From Pseudogymnoascus verrucosus (Eukaryota): a DNA stretch of 64,000 nt. The notes beneath the pieces are model-generated. The model saw only the letters and a program-made list of their open reading frames with translations, was not told the origin of the DNA and did no database searches. Made by a program: the position numbers and the translations under genes. Positions 34,995-47,175 of this stretch are shown here, piece by piece. The stretch lies in the NCBI GenBank assembly GCA_001662655.1, contig KV460210.1, one strand, 5' to 3'. Within the stretch, counting starts at the first letter, position 1, and every line of letters starts with the position of its first letter.

Positions 34995-37900
34995 TTTTAC
35001 CTGAACCTACATATGGATGGCCAACTGTACGATATGATATGCCCAGGGGTCCACGAGAGTGATGACGACGACATGATTTCACGAACTGACGATCAGTATA
35101 TGACGGAGAATATATGAGGGAGTTTATGTGCATATTATTACCCTATTTTTATCTGCTTTATAGCGCGTTACAAGCATAGCATAGCGACTGGCGTTTATCA
35201 AAATCCACATTTACTACTGCACTATTGCTTCCCCATCACCACCCTTGCTCGCCATGCTCTTTCACTTCTCAAACCCACCTCTCCACCCCCGTCCTCTCAC
35301 ACCTTCATTCTACCTCACCCGCCTCCCAACCCCACCCCCACGCCACAACCATGAGGGGAAAGAAAAAAGCCTCAACCCCCGGCACCAGGCACGCAAACCC
35401 GACAATCCTCTCCTCCGTCTTCTTCCTCATCTCACGTGACACACCACCCAATCCCACCCACACCACCACAGGGGCCTGCCACGTGGGCGAAACGGCATTT
35501 GCAGGCGCGGCTGGGGCGGGATTTGGGCGTGGAGTGGAGCCCGGCCATGTCAGCTCAGGTCAGCGCAGATAAGGCAAACCCGGTATGCCACGGACGCAGC
35601 GGTCTGTGGATGGATACTTTATTAGGAGGGCGGCGAGTAAGTGGACGAGGAAGGGGAGGTGGGTGGTGAGGGGGGATTGTACGGTTGTTTGTCCGTCTAG
35701 GGGGGGGGGTGAGGTTGTGATGGGCGACGCGTGGCGGGAGGGATGGGGAGGGGTTACTGCTGCTGGTGCTGGTGCTGGTTGTCAAGGGAGTGAGTTGCGG
35801 TGGAGTGTGCAGCGGTGACTAAAGTCAGCAAACAAACGCTTACCTTGCACCGCCGTACAGTGCATTTTCGTCTGCCGCATCACAACTCGGCTCCCGGGCA
35901 GCGCACCTACCCCCTACTCCCTACCCCAACCCCTTAGTGCAGGCGCACGGATCCCTGGCAGGGCGGGCAGGTCAGATGACCGGTGCCGATCGTGGCTGCT
36001 TCGGCGAGGGCGGGGGAGATTGGGGGTGTTGGCGGGGTGGGGGAACTTCGGAACCCTGTTTGTTGTGCATTGAGTTGGGGTTGGTGGTTGGGTTTGATAT
36101 CTATGGATGGATGGATGGTGAGGGAGGAAGTAGGTTACGAGATAGTTGAAGCGTGAAGAAGCGTTGGTTGCCCAGGAGGAGGGGGAGGATGGGGGAGTTA
36201 CATCGGCGGGTGATCGGCGCGCTCGAGCTGGCGTGGAGAAAGGGGACCTGGACCTGGTAACTGCCGCTGCGGAACTGGCGCGGAATACCCCCAAAGAGGG
36301 AGGAAGTGTAAAGCTGGGCATCGGCGTGGTGGCGGGGGGAGCGGCCGGTTACGTTTGGTGAAGGTGTTGGAGGGGTTGCATGGCGGTGGTGGTGGCATGA
36401 AACGGGAGGAGGGTGGTTGAAACGGCTGGGGGTGGGGGAGGGTGGATTGGGAGACCGATGCTTTGGGTTTGGAGGGGAATTGGGGGGGGGGATTGGCAGG
36501 GCTGGGGGCGGGCAGAGGCGAGAGTGCTGATGAAGATCTGGACGAGGGGGGATGGGATGAGGAGTTTGGAGAGGGACGGGGATGGGTGAGATCTATCTCG
36601 CTCTGTGTGTGCTGGCGATGGAGGCTGTGGTTGGAGCGGGGACACCGGTGTGGGTGGGAGAGTGAGGGACGGATCGGATGTGGTGTTACGGCTCATATCT
36701 GCTGTAATCTAGCCGGCGACTTTTTTTGGACGGAGAGTTTACCAGCCGTGTCACCTGGGCAGGCTACACAAAAAGGCATTTATCGATAGATAGTCGGAGA
36801 CACTAGCCGTGGGCTCCGCAGTTGCTCGGCCGTGGCCATGGCAGCTAGTCTGTCTGGCAGTTGTTTGCTGGGAGTTTGAGAGACGTGTTGGAATTGTGGA
36901 GAAGGAAGGGAGGAGTTGAGTTGTGGAGAAGAGAGAGGGTCGGGAGACGAGAAAGATGTCGATATAGGGAAGAGATGGGATAGGAGGGAGATAGGAGAGG
37001 AGGGTTAGTGCTTGGTTAAGTGTGGTACGGAGTGACAAAGTCCCCCGCTGTTCTGTTGTGCTGGTTGTCCACTGGCTTACTGTACAGCACGCTACAGCAC
37101 ACCACACCAGGCAATATCACGGCAACCTTCGATCCCTGTCTTGCCATGTGCGATGCGATGCAGGCAAACCCTCATTAACCCCTGCGTCTCTTGGGGATCC
37201 TGCCACGAGTGCCACGCCTTTCCAAGGGGGGGGGAAGGGGGTAGCAGGGAGCGGTACTTGGGTGAGTGGAATGCGCGGTGCCGAACACAGATGTACCGGA
37301 GATGTCAGCGGAGGTGCCGAGGAGAAGAGTTGAGAGATTATCGAAAATTTTCCGAGGTTGAAGTTCCGATAGGGGTGGATTACTATTCACGGGTCCGGGT
37401 CCGTCGAACTACTGTTTTTTTTGGGGCAGTCTCACTGCCATTTGGATTGTTTTTTCAGGAGATGGACGACGGGGACGGGGGGATGCCACACCGCACGCAT
37501 GGTATGTGCTCGCTCTAACTACGCTGTGCAGGCAGGCAATAAGAGACATGTCGCACACGGCTACGGCTGTACCGAGACTCCACGATCTCAGCGAGATTGC
37601 GGTATGAGGGATCATCGCGATTGAAGGCCATTTTGAGGATGGAGGACGTACGATGTTGGGGTTATATAAGGAGGCGGCAATATCAAAATATCCGCTTATA
37701 CGACTCGGTGTGATCCGTGCTAAGGAAAGTAGGGGATGGAAATTGAAGCTATACATAGTATGCTGACAGCGTGCAAGGTATCTACCTACTACTATAGTAT
37801 GGTTTGTTTGAAGAGAAACCTTACTTGGTGTGCAATATTACCACCAGAGTACAAGTACTATATCTGTACGAATGCCAGGGAAGTTTAGTTGCCTGGGGAC

Positions 37901-38642
37901 AAGGAACAAGGGCATTCAGAGTGACATCGCTCGAAAGTACCCATCACAATTGCAAGCCACAAGGTGGGGTGCAGGAGAGTAGGGAGAGTACCTATTCGTG
38001 GAGTACTGTCCTATGGCCGTCACGGCGTTTGAAGGGTGAGACAGCGTATGGATTTTTGTGTATGGATGGGAAAATGCGTGGTATGGGACTGGGCCAGGTA
38101 GGTGGATGGATGATGGCGGTGGATGGAGAAGGCATGGCAAACACATGTCTTACCCGTTTCCTTGTGCTATGTGCAGTGTTACTAAAAGTACTTGCGTTTG
38201 TATGGTGATCTTGCCCTGGGAATAAGTACTTTTAGTAGTATAGTAGTGTAGTACTGCAATATTCTCCAGTATGCATCTCCTTGTACAGTAAAGTCAACAA
38301 AACCCTTAAGACCCTGATATTCTACACAACAGACAGGGCAGAACAGGACCGACAAACAGAACACAACTGAACAGAGTAATAGAGTAGAGGAACAACAAAT
38401 TCACTTTAATCTCACTCTGCTCTGACTCTGCTTCTTCTCAAACTTACTCGGAATCAAAGTCAGCACCATCACCACTACGGCCTTCTAGCCCTTACACTAC
38501 TACTACTCCAAACTAACTCCAGCACTACTCCATCACCATTACGCCACTACTAAAAAGTACCTGATTCTTCCTTTATGGGGCACAAACTTCCCTCGATCAT
38601 CCACTACCAACCAATTCCGCCAACGAAGTCATCGCTAACCTG

Positions 38643-38697
38643 CTAAACTGACTAAACCGACTAAACCGACTAAACCTACCTAAATCTCCCTAAACCT
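38643..38697. repeat. Six tandem 9-10 nt units with a CTAAAC/CTAAAT core
   Basis: ctaaactga ctaaaccga ctaaaccga ctaaacctac ctaaatctcc ctaaacc. Confidence 0.75.
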
Positions 38698-39444
38698 CCT
38701 CCAAAAAGAAGTGGAGAGAGTCGAGAGACAGAGAGAGAGAGAAGTCGAGAGTGGAGATTCCACAAAGGAACGTCCCCATCCCTTCCCTCTCACAGAACCA
38801 CCACCACCACCACCAGCCACCAGCCAGCGACGACGGCGACAATCTTCTCTCCTTCCTGACCCCCATACCGCCCATACCGCCATTTCCGTTTATTCCCATC
38901 CTGTCTGAGCCTCCGTTTGATGCTGCGTCAGCCCGGAATATCCTCCCCATATCCCCCCAATCCTCTACAATTGCACCACCACTCTTAGCTCCCGCAAAAA
39001 CCGACACTCCATACCTCGCTCTCGCCCTCTCCCGTTCTTTCCCAAGATTCTCCACGTTGCCGCGGCCGTGCCTGGTGCGAACTCACGAAACAAAACGAAC
39101 AGACGAACCTCCCGCTCTTTCCACCCTTCTCGAACGCCCGCTCTACGCCCCCTCGACGCCTCACCGCCGTTGAATACCGTCGGATCGTCGACTTCGGGCT
39201 CTTGTCTCACATGCTCCCGATATCAACAGCTGCAACTACGACCGCGGCCCCCCGCTCCGAACAGCCTCACTCCCAGCGCACCACCGTTCTGCTCTGTGCC
39301 AGCGGATCATACCACATACCCACGAGCCCTGCAAACTAGAATGTGCAGTCGCCGAATGCTACTTTCCTGAGCGTTTTTTTTTTATAAAGTGCCCGCTATC
39401 CCTGCCGGATCTGCCAGCCGCCTGTTAAGGCTACATTTGCGACG

Positions 39445-41601
39445 ATGGGAGCGAGCCAGTCTTCGACGTATTGCCCGGGCGACGATGGTATGTTATAGCC
39501 TTCTCTGTGGGATCATATTTGCCCATTGTCTCCTGTTATAGTCAATGGCAACTGCTAACACTTCATCTCGCAGTCGGCCTCAATCACTTCACCCTCGGAC
39601 GTGTTGTGGGAAAGGGTGCTTTCGGCAAAGTCCGCATCGTGGAACATAAATACACGAAACTGACGTTTGCGCTGAAGTATATCCGAAAAGACGACAGTCA
39701 GTACATACTCAATGATTACCCCTCGACATCCTGCTGATTGAGATATAGTTGTACGAACCGAGAGCGTGAGGAATATAATACGAGAACGCCGAATGCTGGA
39801 ACACCTGAACCATCCGTTCATTTGCAATTTACGATACTCGTTTCAAGATACCCAATACATGTGAGTATTTAGGGATATGCTACACCAATGGGAAACAGCA
39901 TGCTGACTTGTTTGAAGGTACCTCGTTGTGGATTTAATGAGCGGAGGTGATCTGCGATTCCACATTTCGCGCAAGTCGTTTACCGAGGACGCAGTCAAGT
40001 TCTGGATCGCGGAGTTGGGATGCGCGCTGAAGTATATCCATAAGCAGGGGATTATACATAGGGATGTGAAGCCAGACAACGTGTTGCTGGATTCGGAGGG
40101 CCATATCCATTTGGCAGATTTTGTATGTGGCACCAGCGAATATAAGGAGGGGCACAACTGACTGGCTTACTAGAATGTTGCATCGGATTATACGCCCGGA
40201 AAACCCCTGACGAGCAAGTCGGGGTCACAACCATATCTATCGCCCGAAGTTTGGGCAGGAACAGGATACGGCCCGGCTGCGGATTGGTGGTCGTTGGGCG
40301 TCCTCTTCTACGAGTGCATTTACAACAAGGTGAGAAATTCGCAACATTATACATATCCAGCAGTTCCTAATCCCCCAACAGAGACCATTCGATACGCACA
40401 GCACCAAGGGCCTCGGCGAGCTAATCATGAACGCCAACCCCAGCTTCCCCGTCACCTCCCCCCCAGTCACAATGCCATGCATGCACGCCGTCAGCTCAGC
40501 ACTCGAGCCCGACCCAACCAAGCGTCTCGGAGCGACATGGCAAAGCTTCATCGACAACCCCTTCTTCCGCTCCGTCGACTTCGAGGCCCTAGAGCGCAAG
40601 GAGATCGAGCCCGTCTTCGTGCCGTCAAAAGATAAGACGAATTTCGACGCCACATACGATCTGGAGGAGTTGCTCCTCGAAGAAGCGCCCCTGGAGGCAC
40701 GCACACGCCGACAAAAACCCAGGGAACCGCTCGCAGAGGGCGCGACGGAGAAGGAGATCCGAGAGGATGAGCTGTACCGCATGATCGAGACAGGATTCAT
40801 GCCCTTCGACTACACCCTCGCCGCGTACAACCGGTTCGTCCCCCGTTCCCCCCCCCCCTTCTCTCCAAAACCCACACTAACTTTATTTCCCACAGCTTCC
40901 AAGAATCCGACGAAGCAGCCATCCGCGCCCGCAACCCACCCCAAAGCACCACCACAACCCCCGGCTCCACCCCACGCAACAGCGAAACCGCACCCTCGGC
41001 AATGATGCGCTCCAAATCCCCCGGCAGCGGCGGACCACCCACCGGTCGTCGTCGCACTCCGTCCGTGTCGATTAACGGGAATGGGAATCCTAACAACAGC
41101 AACGGTAGCGGGCCAAGCAATGGATATGGCAATCCCAACGGTTACGGATCCTCTCCGCCATCAGACCACAACGCGCCTGTGCGCCTCGTGTCCTCCAAAA
41201 ATGGAGGGTATAGAGTCAGCCCCACCACGAACCCCTACGACGTCCCCCCCGTCCCTCACCTCCCCCCTCCCCAAGCAGGCGCCAAACACCGCGCCAACGA
41301 GAGCACGAACCGGTTGACGCGCCAATCCAGCAGCTCGCGGATGGCGAGTAAAGGGGGTGGATTATCGGTTACCCTTGGGGAGACGGGGAGTTGGAGTGAG
41401 CTTGCTAAGAGAGATACGACGCTCCCGGCTGATGCGAAGGATATTGGTGGTGCGGTCGGGCAGGGACAGGGGGCGCCGGGGAAGCCGAATGGGATGTTGG
41501 GGTTTTTGAGTAGGAAGAAGGGGAGGGGACATAGTCCAAAACCGCAGGAGAAGGGGGTGTTGGGGAAGGAGGGGGCGAGGGTTGTGATTTCGCAGGGTTG
41601 A
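39445..41601 (+). CDS. AGC-group Ser/Thr kinase, YANK/STK32 type (~598 aa); exons 39445-39487, 39574-39696, 39749-39860, 39918-40122, 40174-40329, 40382-40833, 40896-41601
   Basis: MGASQS (myristoylation-like), [25 protein letters not shown] instead of DFG (characteristic of YANK kinases), [18 protein letters not shown]. All six introns canonical and phase-consistent. Confidence 0.92.
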
Positions 41602-43924
41602 AGAAGGGGGGGTTGATGCTGTGATGCATTCATTCGCCTGCTGGCCGATTTATTTCTCCAGTTAATGGAGTTTGTTCGGTCCCTCGATCACCGAACCGAC
41701 CGACTAGGCGGACCGTCTATCGCGATTGGGAAAGTCTGACAAATCGACGGATACGTGATGGTCTACATTATACCTGGTGGATTTCCGATCACCTTCGCGC
41801 CCGTACCGGTGTTCATACCTCTACACTTAACTCACCTCTTCCCTCTCTCCGGCGGCTTTTGTTTGGTTTATTGTCACTCCGACTCGACTCGGATTCGGTT
41901 TTATGCATGGCATTGCGCGGCGCCCTTTCATACTCTGCTTTTCTGCTTTTAGGCTCCTCCTCACAACTGCGGGTTTACTCGACAACACAACACCTAGTCA
42001 CGTCGTGGTTATATCCCTCTCGTTCTTTTAATTGGTTGGCGATGGGATGCGCGTCGACACGGGATGCAGACGTGTCGCGGAGGAAGGAAGTAGGACATAT
42101 CGATGAGGGAAGCACAAGGGGATGAACGCATGAGATGGGGGATGATACCACAAGGAACAGCAGAATATTCTCCCAACGAAAACGAGACGAAAGAAGTACA
42201 CAACGGCTCCTCATCTTCTTCTTTTTTTGTTGGTTGGTTGTATGTATGGACCGGGCAGGGTATGCCCGATCGAACGAAGGGCGTTTATTTTTTCACGTGC
42301 ATCCTCGCGATTTGGCTTTGTTGATCTGTTTTTGTTTACTTTGCTCGCTCGGTTTTGTTTTTGTGCTTTTTGATACCAGGGGGTGAAGGGAATCAGTTGG
42401 ATGGATGGGATGGATGGCATGATGGTGGGAGTGGAGGAGGGGTGGAAAAGGGGGTAGGCAGGCTGGGAGGGGGGGTATATATGCGTCTGTGGTATGGGGG
42501 GAGTGTATAGTGGTGGTGGTAAATAGTTGTTGTGGATGCCCCAGGGGAAGGGGGGTAGTTAATATTGAGGGGGGAGGGGGGGGATGAATACAAATACCAT
42601 AACTACATAACCTTACAGACAAGACAGTATGATGTGATGTGATGTGATGTTGTGGTTGAAATCTTGGGATTGGGATTGTGTACTATGTTATTCAGATATC
42701 GGGTTGTCAGATATCACGTACATCCATCCACCCAGGTAGCAAGTAGGATGTCGGTGTCAGTGAGACAGCCGGGTCGCCCGCCCCCTATGTCTTGCATGTC
42801 GGGTATAAGAATCGTTTGCCTGGCTGGGCTCGGTTGGGAGAACATATGTGCTGTCTGACTGAGAGCGCAGTGGGGGGGGTGTATCGAAATTTTTGCCCAT
42901 GTACTAGGGGGTGGATGGTGGGTTATGCTTATACACACAGCTGGGATTTTGACATATCGTGGCGGTTTTAATACAAAGCATAACTGTTTTTTTTTGCCCT
43001 CTCTCTAATAATTATGTATCCCCTCCCCTTGTCCTCTCCTTCTCTCACCCCGTCTCAGCTATAGCCATAGCCATCTCATCCTCCTCCCCCTATCACTTAC
43101 ACCTCACACCTCCCCCGTCGCGCCAACAAATCCCACCGATCCCCCGTTATAAACGGTGCAGAATCTCGCTTGGAGATGGTGCATACACATGTCATCCATC
43201 CACCTACCGTAAGAGTCGATAACCCGTATTTAACAGCTCATCATTCGCTATACCGTACCCGCCTAAGTCATCCAGCGCACCCATCCATGACCCCATCATA
43301 CATGCATACAAACTACTGTATGCGCGTTGACCGCCGCCGCCGTTGCGCGCAAGCGAGCTGAGCTGACTTGGGCTGGATGTCTGGCTGGATGTCTGGAGGT
43401 CGCCTGGTAACCGATGCTGCTGTGGGTAAGCTTAGTTTTTTTACGTTTTACTGGTGCAGGAGTGCTACTTTGTTAGGGGGGTGATTGGTGGTTTAGTTGG
43501 TTTAGTAGGGGGGGTTAGGAGGTGGTACGTGTGTGTGAGGTGTGCTTAAGCGAAGGGTTTTACTGTAGCGGGATGGGATGAGGGCGACGGCGTTACCCGA
43601 GTACTGGCTGGAGAGGGATGGTGATACAGAGTGAAGGATGGGAAGGAGCCGGGTGAGGGGGGTGGTGACGAGAAGTGGAGGTGATGGCGATGGGGAGGGG
43701 AGAGGGGTTTTGTGTGAGGGTGAGGGTTCTACAGAGTAACACAGTAACACCACAGGTGCCACAAACACTCGGTGGATATACAGACCAGCCTCGCCCTCCA
43801 CCGCGCTTATACGGGCTTTGCTCTCTTCTCTTCGTGCCGTGAGACCGGGGACTAAATTTAAATCTAAGTGAATCTGAGTCCAAGTCTCAATCTCAGCCAG
43901 GTCTCGGTTCGGCGCACATACCAT

Positions 43925-44841
43925 TTAAGACGGGTGGTATAGACAGTATGTATAGTATACTGTAGTACGGCACTCTACGCGAGCTGTGGATATTATCTGA
44001 TGTGATGGGGGAAGCGACGGCGCCATCGCGTAGAAACAACTAGCACTGCGGCGCGGGTGGGGTAGAGGTGCAGTATCGTGGCGGAGATCGTCGACACCGC
44101 TACGGGTTCGCTTGGCAGCGGATTGGGGTGGGATGGGGGTGTGTGACGGGTGGTGGGGTGTGGTGGGTGTGGGCTGGAATGAGGTGTAATATGGACATTC
44201 TAGGTATGTTGAGGTTGCATTCCGGACCTCGTTTAGAGAAAGAGGAGGGGGGAGGGGAGGAGGAGGAGTGGGCTATATTAGTAGGACTAAGGGTGGTGGT
44301 TGTGGTGGGATTGAGGTAGGGCGGGTAGTACATATATGTATATCTGTCCTGCTTCCTTCGTTCCTTCTATACGGCTTACTTCGCGATTATCTGCTTGCTT
44401 CCTTCGATCCTGCGATTTTTGACGTGCTGTGAGGTGGGATTGTGCGGTTATTCGACGACGATATATTATTCGACGACGATATACGACACGACGATATACG
44501 ACAAGGAGCGAGCAGAGAGGTGCCGGCTGATAGGACGGATACGGGAAAACTGCCGCTGCTGCTGACCTGATTATTTGTGAAACCCGAGGTGAGGTGGGAG
44601 TGCACGAGCCTGCTGAGACGGGGTCGACGACGACGACGAAGGCGTGGTGGAGAGGGGTATATTGGGATATTATATTATAGGCTGCGGTTCGGTTGTGTGA
44701 GTTGAGACGGATTGGAAAAGACGAAGGATTGAGTGAGGATTGGGAGGATTGAGAAGAATAAGGGCAAGGAAGGAATTGATTGGGTGACTTGGACGACTTA
44801 CGAAGTACAAGCTGTTTGAGCAAGCCATTGAGCAAGACCAT
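43925..44841 (-). other. Putative spliced transcript (orphan ORF of ~229 aa or lncRNA) divergent from the P450
   Basis: Donors GTAAGT (44801) and GTAAGC (44379) with matching branch/acceptors (44682, 44273). The spliced frame stays open from ATG 44841 to TAA 43925. No recognisable domain. Confidence 0.3.
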
Positions 44842-45013
44842 CTACGAACTACAAGACATTGTTCATCGACGACTATCAATCACCAAGGCATTGGTTGACG
44901 ACTCCAAACATCAAAGAGGCCATTCGCCCGACTTCTAGACACCAACAAGGCATTGGCCAAAGGCAACCTACTACATCAACCAACCTCACCTCCTCCACTT
45001 CGCACAGGCCACT

Positions 45014-46887
45014 ATGCCATCCCTCCTCATCTACGCCGCAACGGCCCTCGTCACCTACATCGGCTACGTCCAGCTCCACGCCCTCTTCCAGACCGTCGTG
45101 CGGAAGGGGCCGCCGGTGGCGGCGAACTCGTGGTGGGCGTATCTGAGCGGGAAGAGCGTGTCGGGGAGTGTGCTACTTGAGGAGTTTTATGAGAAGGTGA
45201 GATGATTTTTTTTTGTTTTTGTCTGGCTTGGTCTTTTGTCATGGGTGAAAGGGGGTTGGTGGTTGAAGGTGTGAGAGATGATAGGGTGTAATGCGTGTGA
45301 TGCGTGTGATACTCCTGAGGGTAACGTGGAGGAGGGAGGGCATATGAGAAAGTGGCAGTGATGGAGATGCATTCAAGTCAAACAAGCCCAATACTAACAA
45401 AAATCCAGTACTCAAAAAACAATGAACCCTTCATGGCCGGCGGGCACTACGTCCTCCCCCCCTCCGTCTTCGCAGCAATACGCAAAGTCCCAGACAGCAT
45501 CGCAAACTCCACACCCGCAAATGAAGACGTGAGTTCACCCCCCTCTTCCCCCTTTCCACCCACCCCCTAACACCCCCCAGGGCCTCGTCCTCGAGCCCTT
45601 CCTCGGCCACGACAACACCGACATAATCCACCTCGTCCGCACCACTCTCACCCGCTCCGTCGACGCCATGATCGCCCCCCTGCAAGACGAAATCCACACC
45701 AGTCTCTCTGCCTTCCTCCCCCCCGGCCCCCCCACCCTCCTCCCAGGCGACGAAGAATGGTACCCCCTAACCGTGCACCCCTCGACCCTCACCGCCATCG
45801 GGCGCATCACAACCCGCATCCTCGTCGGGTCAAAATACACCACCCTCCCCGCCTGGACCGACACCTTGGCGGGGTTCGCAAACGGTATCATAATCCAATC
45901 CATCCTCCTCAAAAACCTCTGGCGCCCCCTCGTCCCCTGGATCGCACCACTCTTCAACACCACCCGCCGCGTCGCCAAGCTTCGCGCCTTGATCCTCCCC
46001 GATGTGCGCGAGCTGCTCGCGAACCCGCCGACGCCGGGGACGTATCCGGATGGCGAACCGACTGTCCTGCCTATGATGGTGAATTATGTCTTATCCCGCC
46101 CCGGTTATGCCGAGGCGAAGGAATCAGAGGTGCTTACGGGGGTTATTGGACGGCTTCTTGATTTCTCCTTCGCGGCCGTGGATACGACTACCATCACCCT
46201 AACGCACTGCATCCACGACCTCGTCTCTCACCCCCCCTCTCTCTACGCTTCCCCGATCCTCGAACAAGCCCGCGCGGTGCTAGCCGCTAACGACGGGGTA
46301 TGGACGACGCAAGCGCTCTCCGCGCTCCCCCTTCTCGACTCATTCATCAAGGAGTCGCAGAGGTTGCATCCGATTGGGCAGTTGTTGAGTCAGCGGAAGG
46401 TGCTTGATCCGAAGGGGTTGATGTTGATGCCGTCGGAGGGGTTTGAGGGGGCGAAACCGGTGTACTTACCGTATGGGGCGGTGACGCAGATGCCGTTGGT
46501 GGGGGTGCATATGGATGGCGGGTTTTATGAGGATGCGAGGGAATTCAGGGGATTTAGGTTTGCGGAGGATAAGGTGGCGAGGAGTCAGCCTAGTGATCGG
46601 TTTATGAGTTTTGGTCATGGTATGTTTTTGCACCAAGAACCGTTTTGCCTCGGGAGAAGAAGAATTGCTAACGGAGAACTATAGGCAAACATGCGTGTCC
46701 CGGAAGACATCTGGCGCTGGTGGTGGTGAAGCTCTTTTTGCTGGAGTTTTTGGAGAGGTTTGAGTTTAAGGAGGTGGAGAGGCCGAAGGATTGGCAGCTG
46801 GGGTTTATGTTTAATGCGGTGCCGGATATGAAGACGAATGTTTGGATTCGGCCGAGGAGGGAGGAGGAGGTGGAAGTTGAGGCGTGA
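45014..46887 (+). CDS. Cytochrome P450 monooxygenase, ent-kaurene-oxidase-like group (~514 aa); exons 45014-45196, 45409-45528, 45581-46619, 46685-46887
   Basis: N-terminal membrane anchor, I-helix FAAVDTT, K-helix KESQR, and heme motif FGHG|KHACPG restored by splicing. Subfamily assignment is by motif resemblance only. Confidence 0.93.
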
Positions 46888-47175
46888 TGTGGAATGGAAT
46901 GGGATGGTGGAAGTAATCCGGGTGTATTGGGATGGAACAGTACAAAGCCTGCCTCAGAACCAGAAGGGGCCTGGTTGGTGTTGACAAAACGTCCAACGTG
47001 GCGATGAAGGAGTGGTCGCCGGAGTTACAAGAGACGCGCAAGCGGAAAGCAATTATACGAATTTATGATTGAGATGCGGTGCCAAGTCTATCCACCCAAC
47101 CCAGTCTATCCCGATCTTTCTACATCACCACCGCACTACCCCCTATATCAATTTTCCTATCCAACTACACACAAT

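Noticed and set aside
38643..38697. Interstitial telomere
   Set aside because: Units are CTAAAC-based 9-10-mers, not tandem CCCTAA; kept only as a minisatellite.
40117..40176. DFN instead of DFG suggesting a pseudokinase
   Set aside because: DFN is normal for YANK/STK32 kinases, and the other catalytic motifs are intact.
42400..42650. G-run-rich tract and (TGATG)n microsatellite as a functional G-quadruplex element
   Set aside because: Similar G/C runs are widespread in this part of the window; nothing singles this one out.
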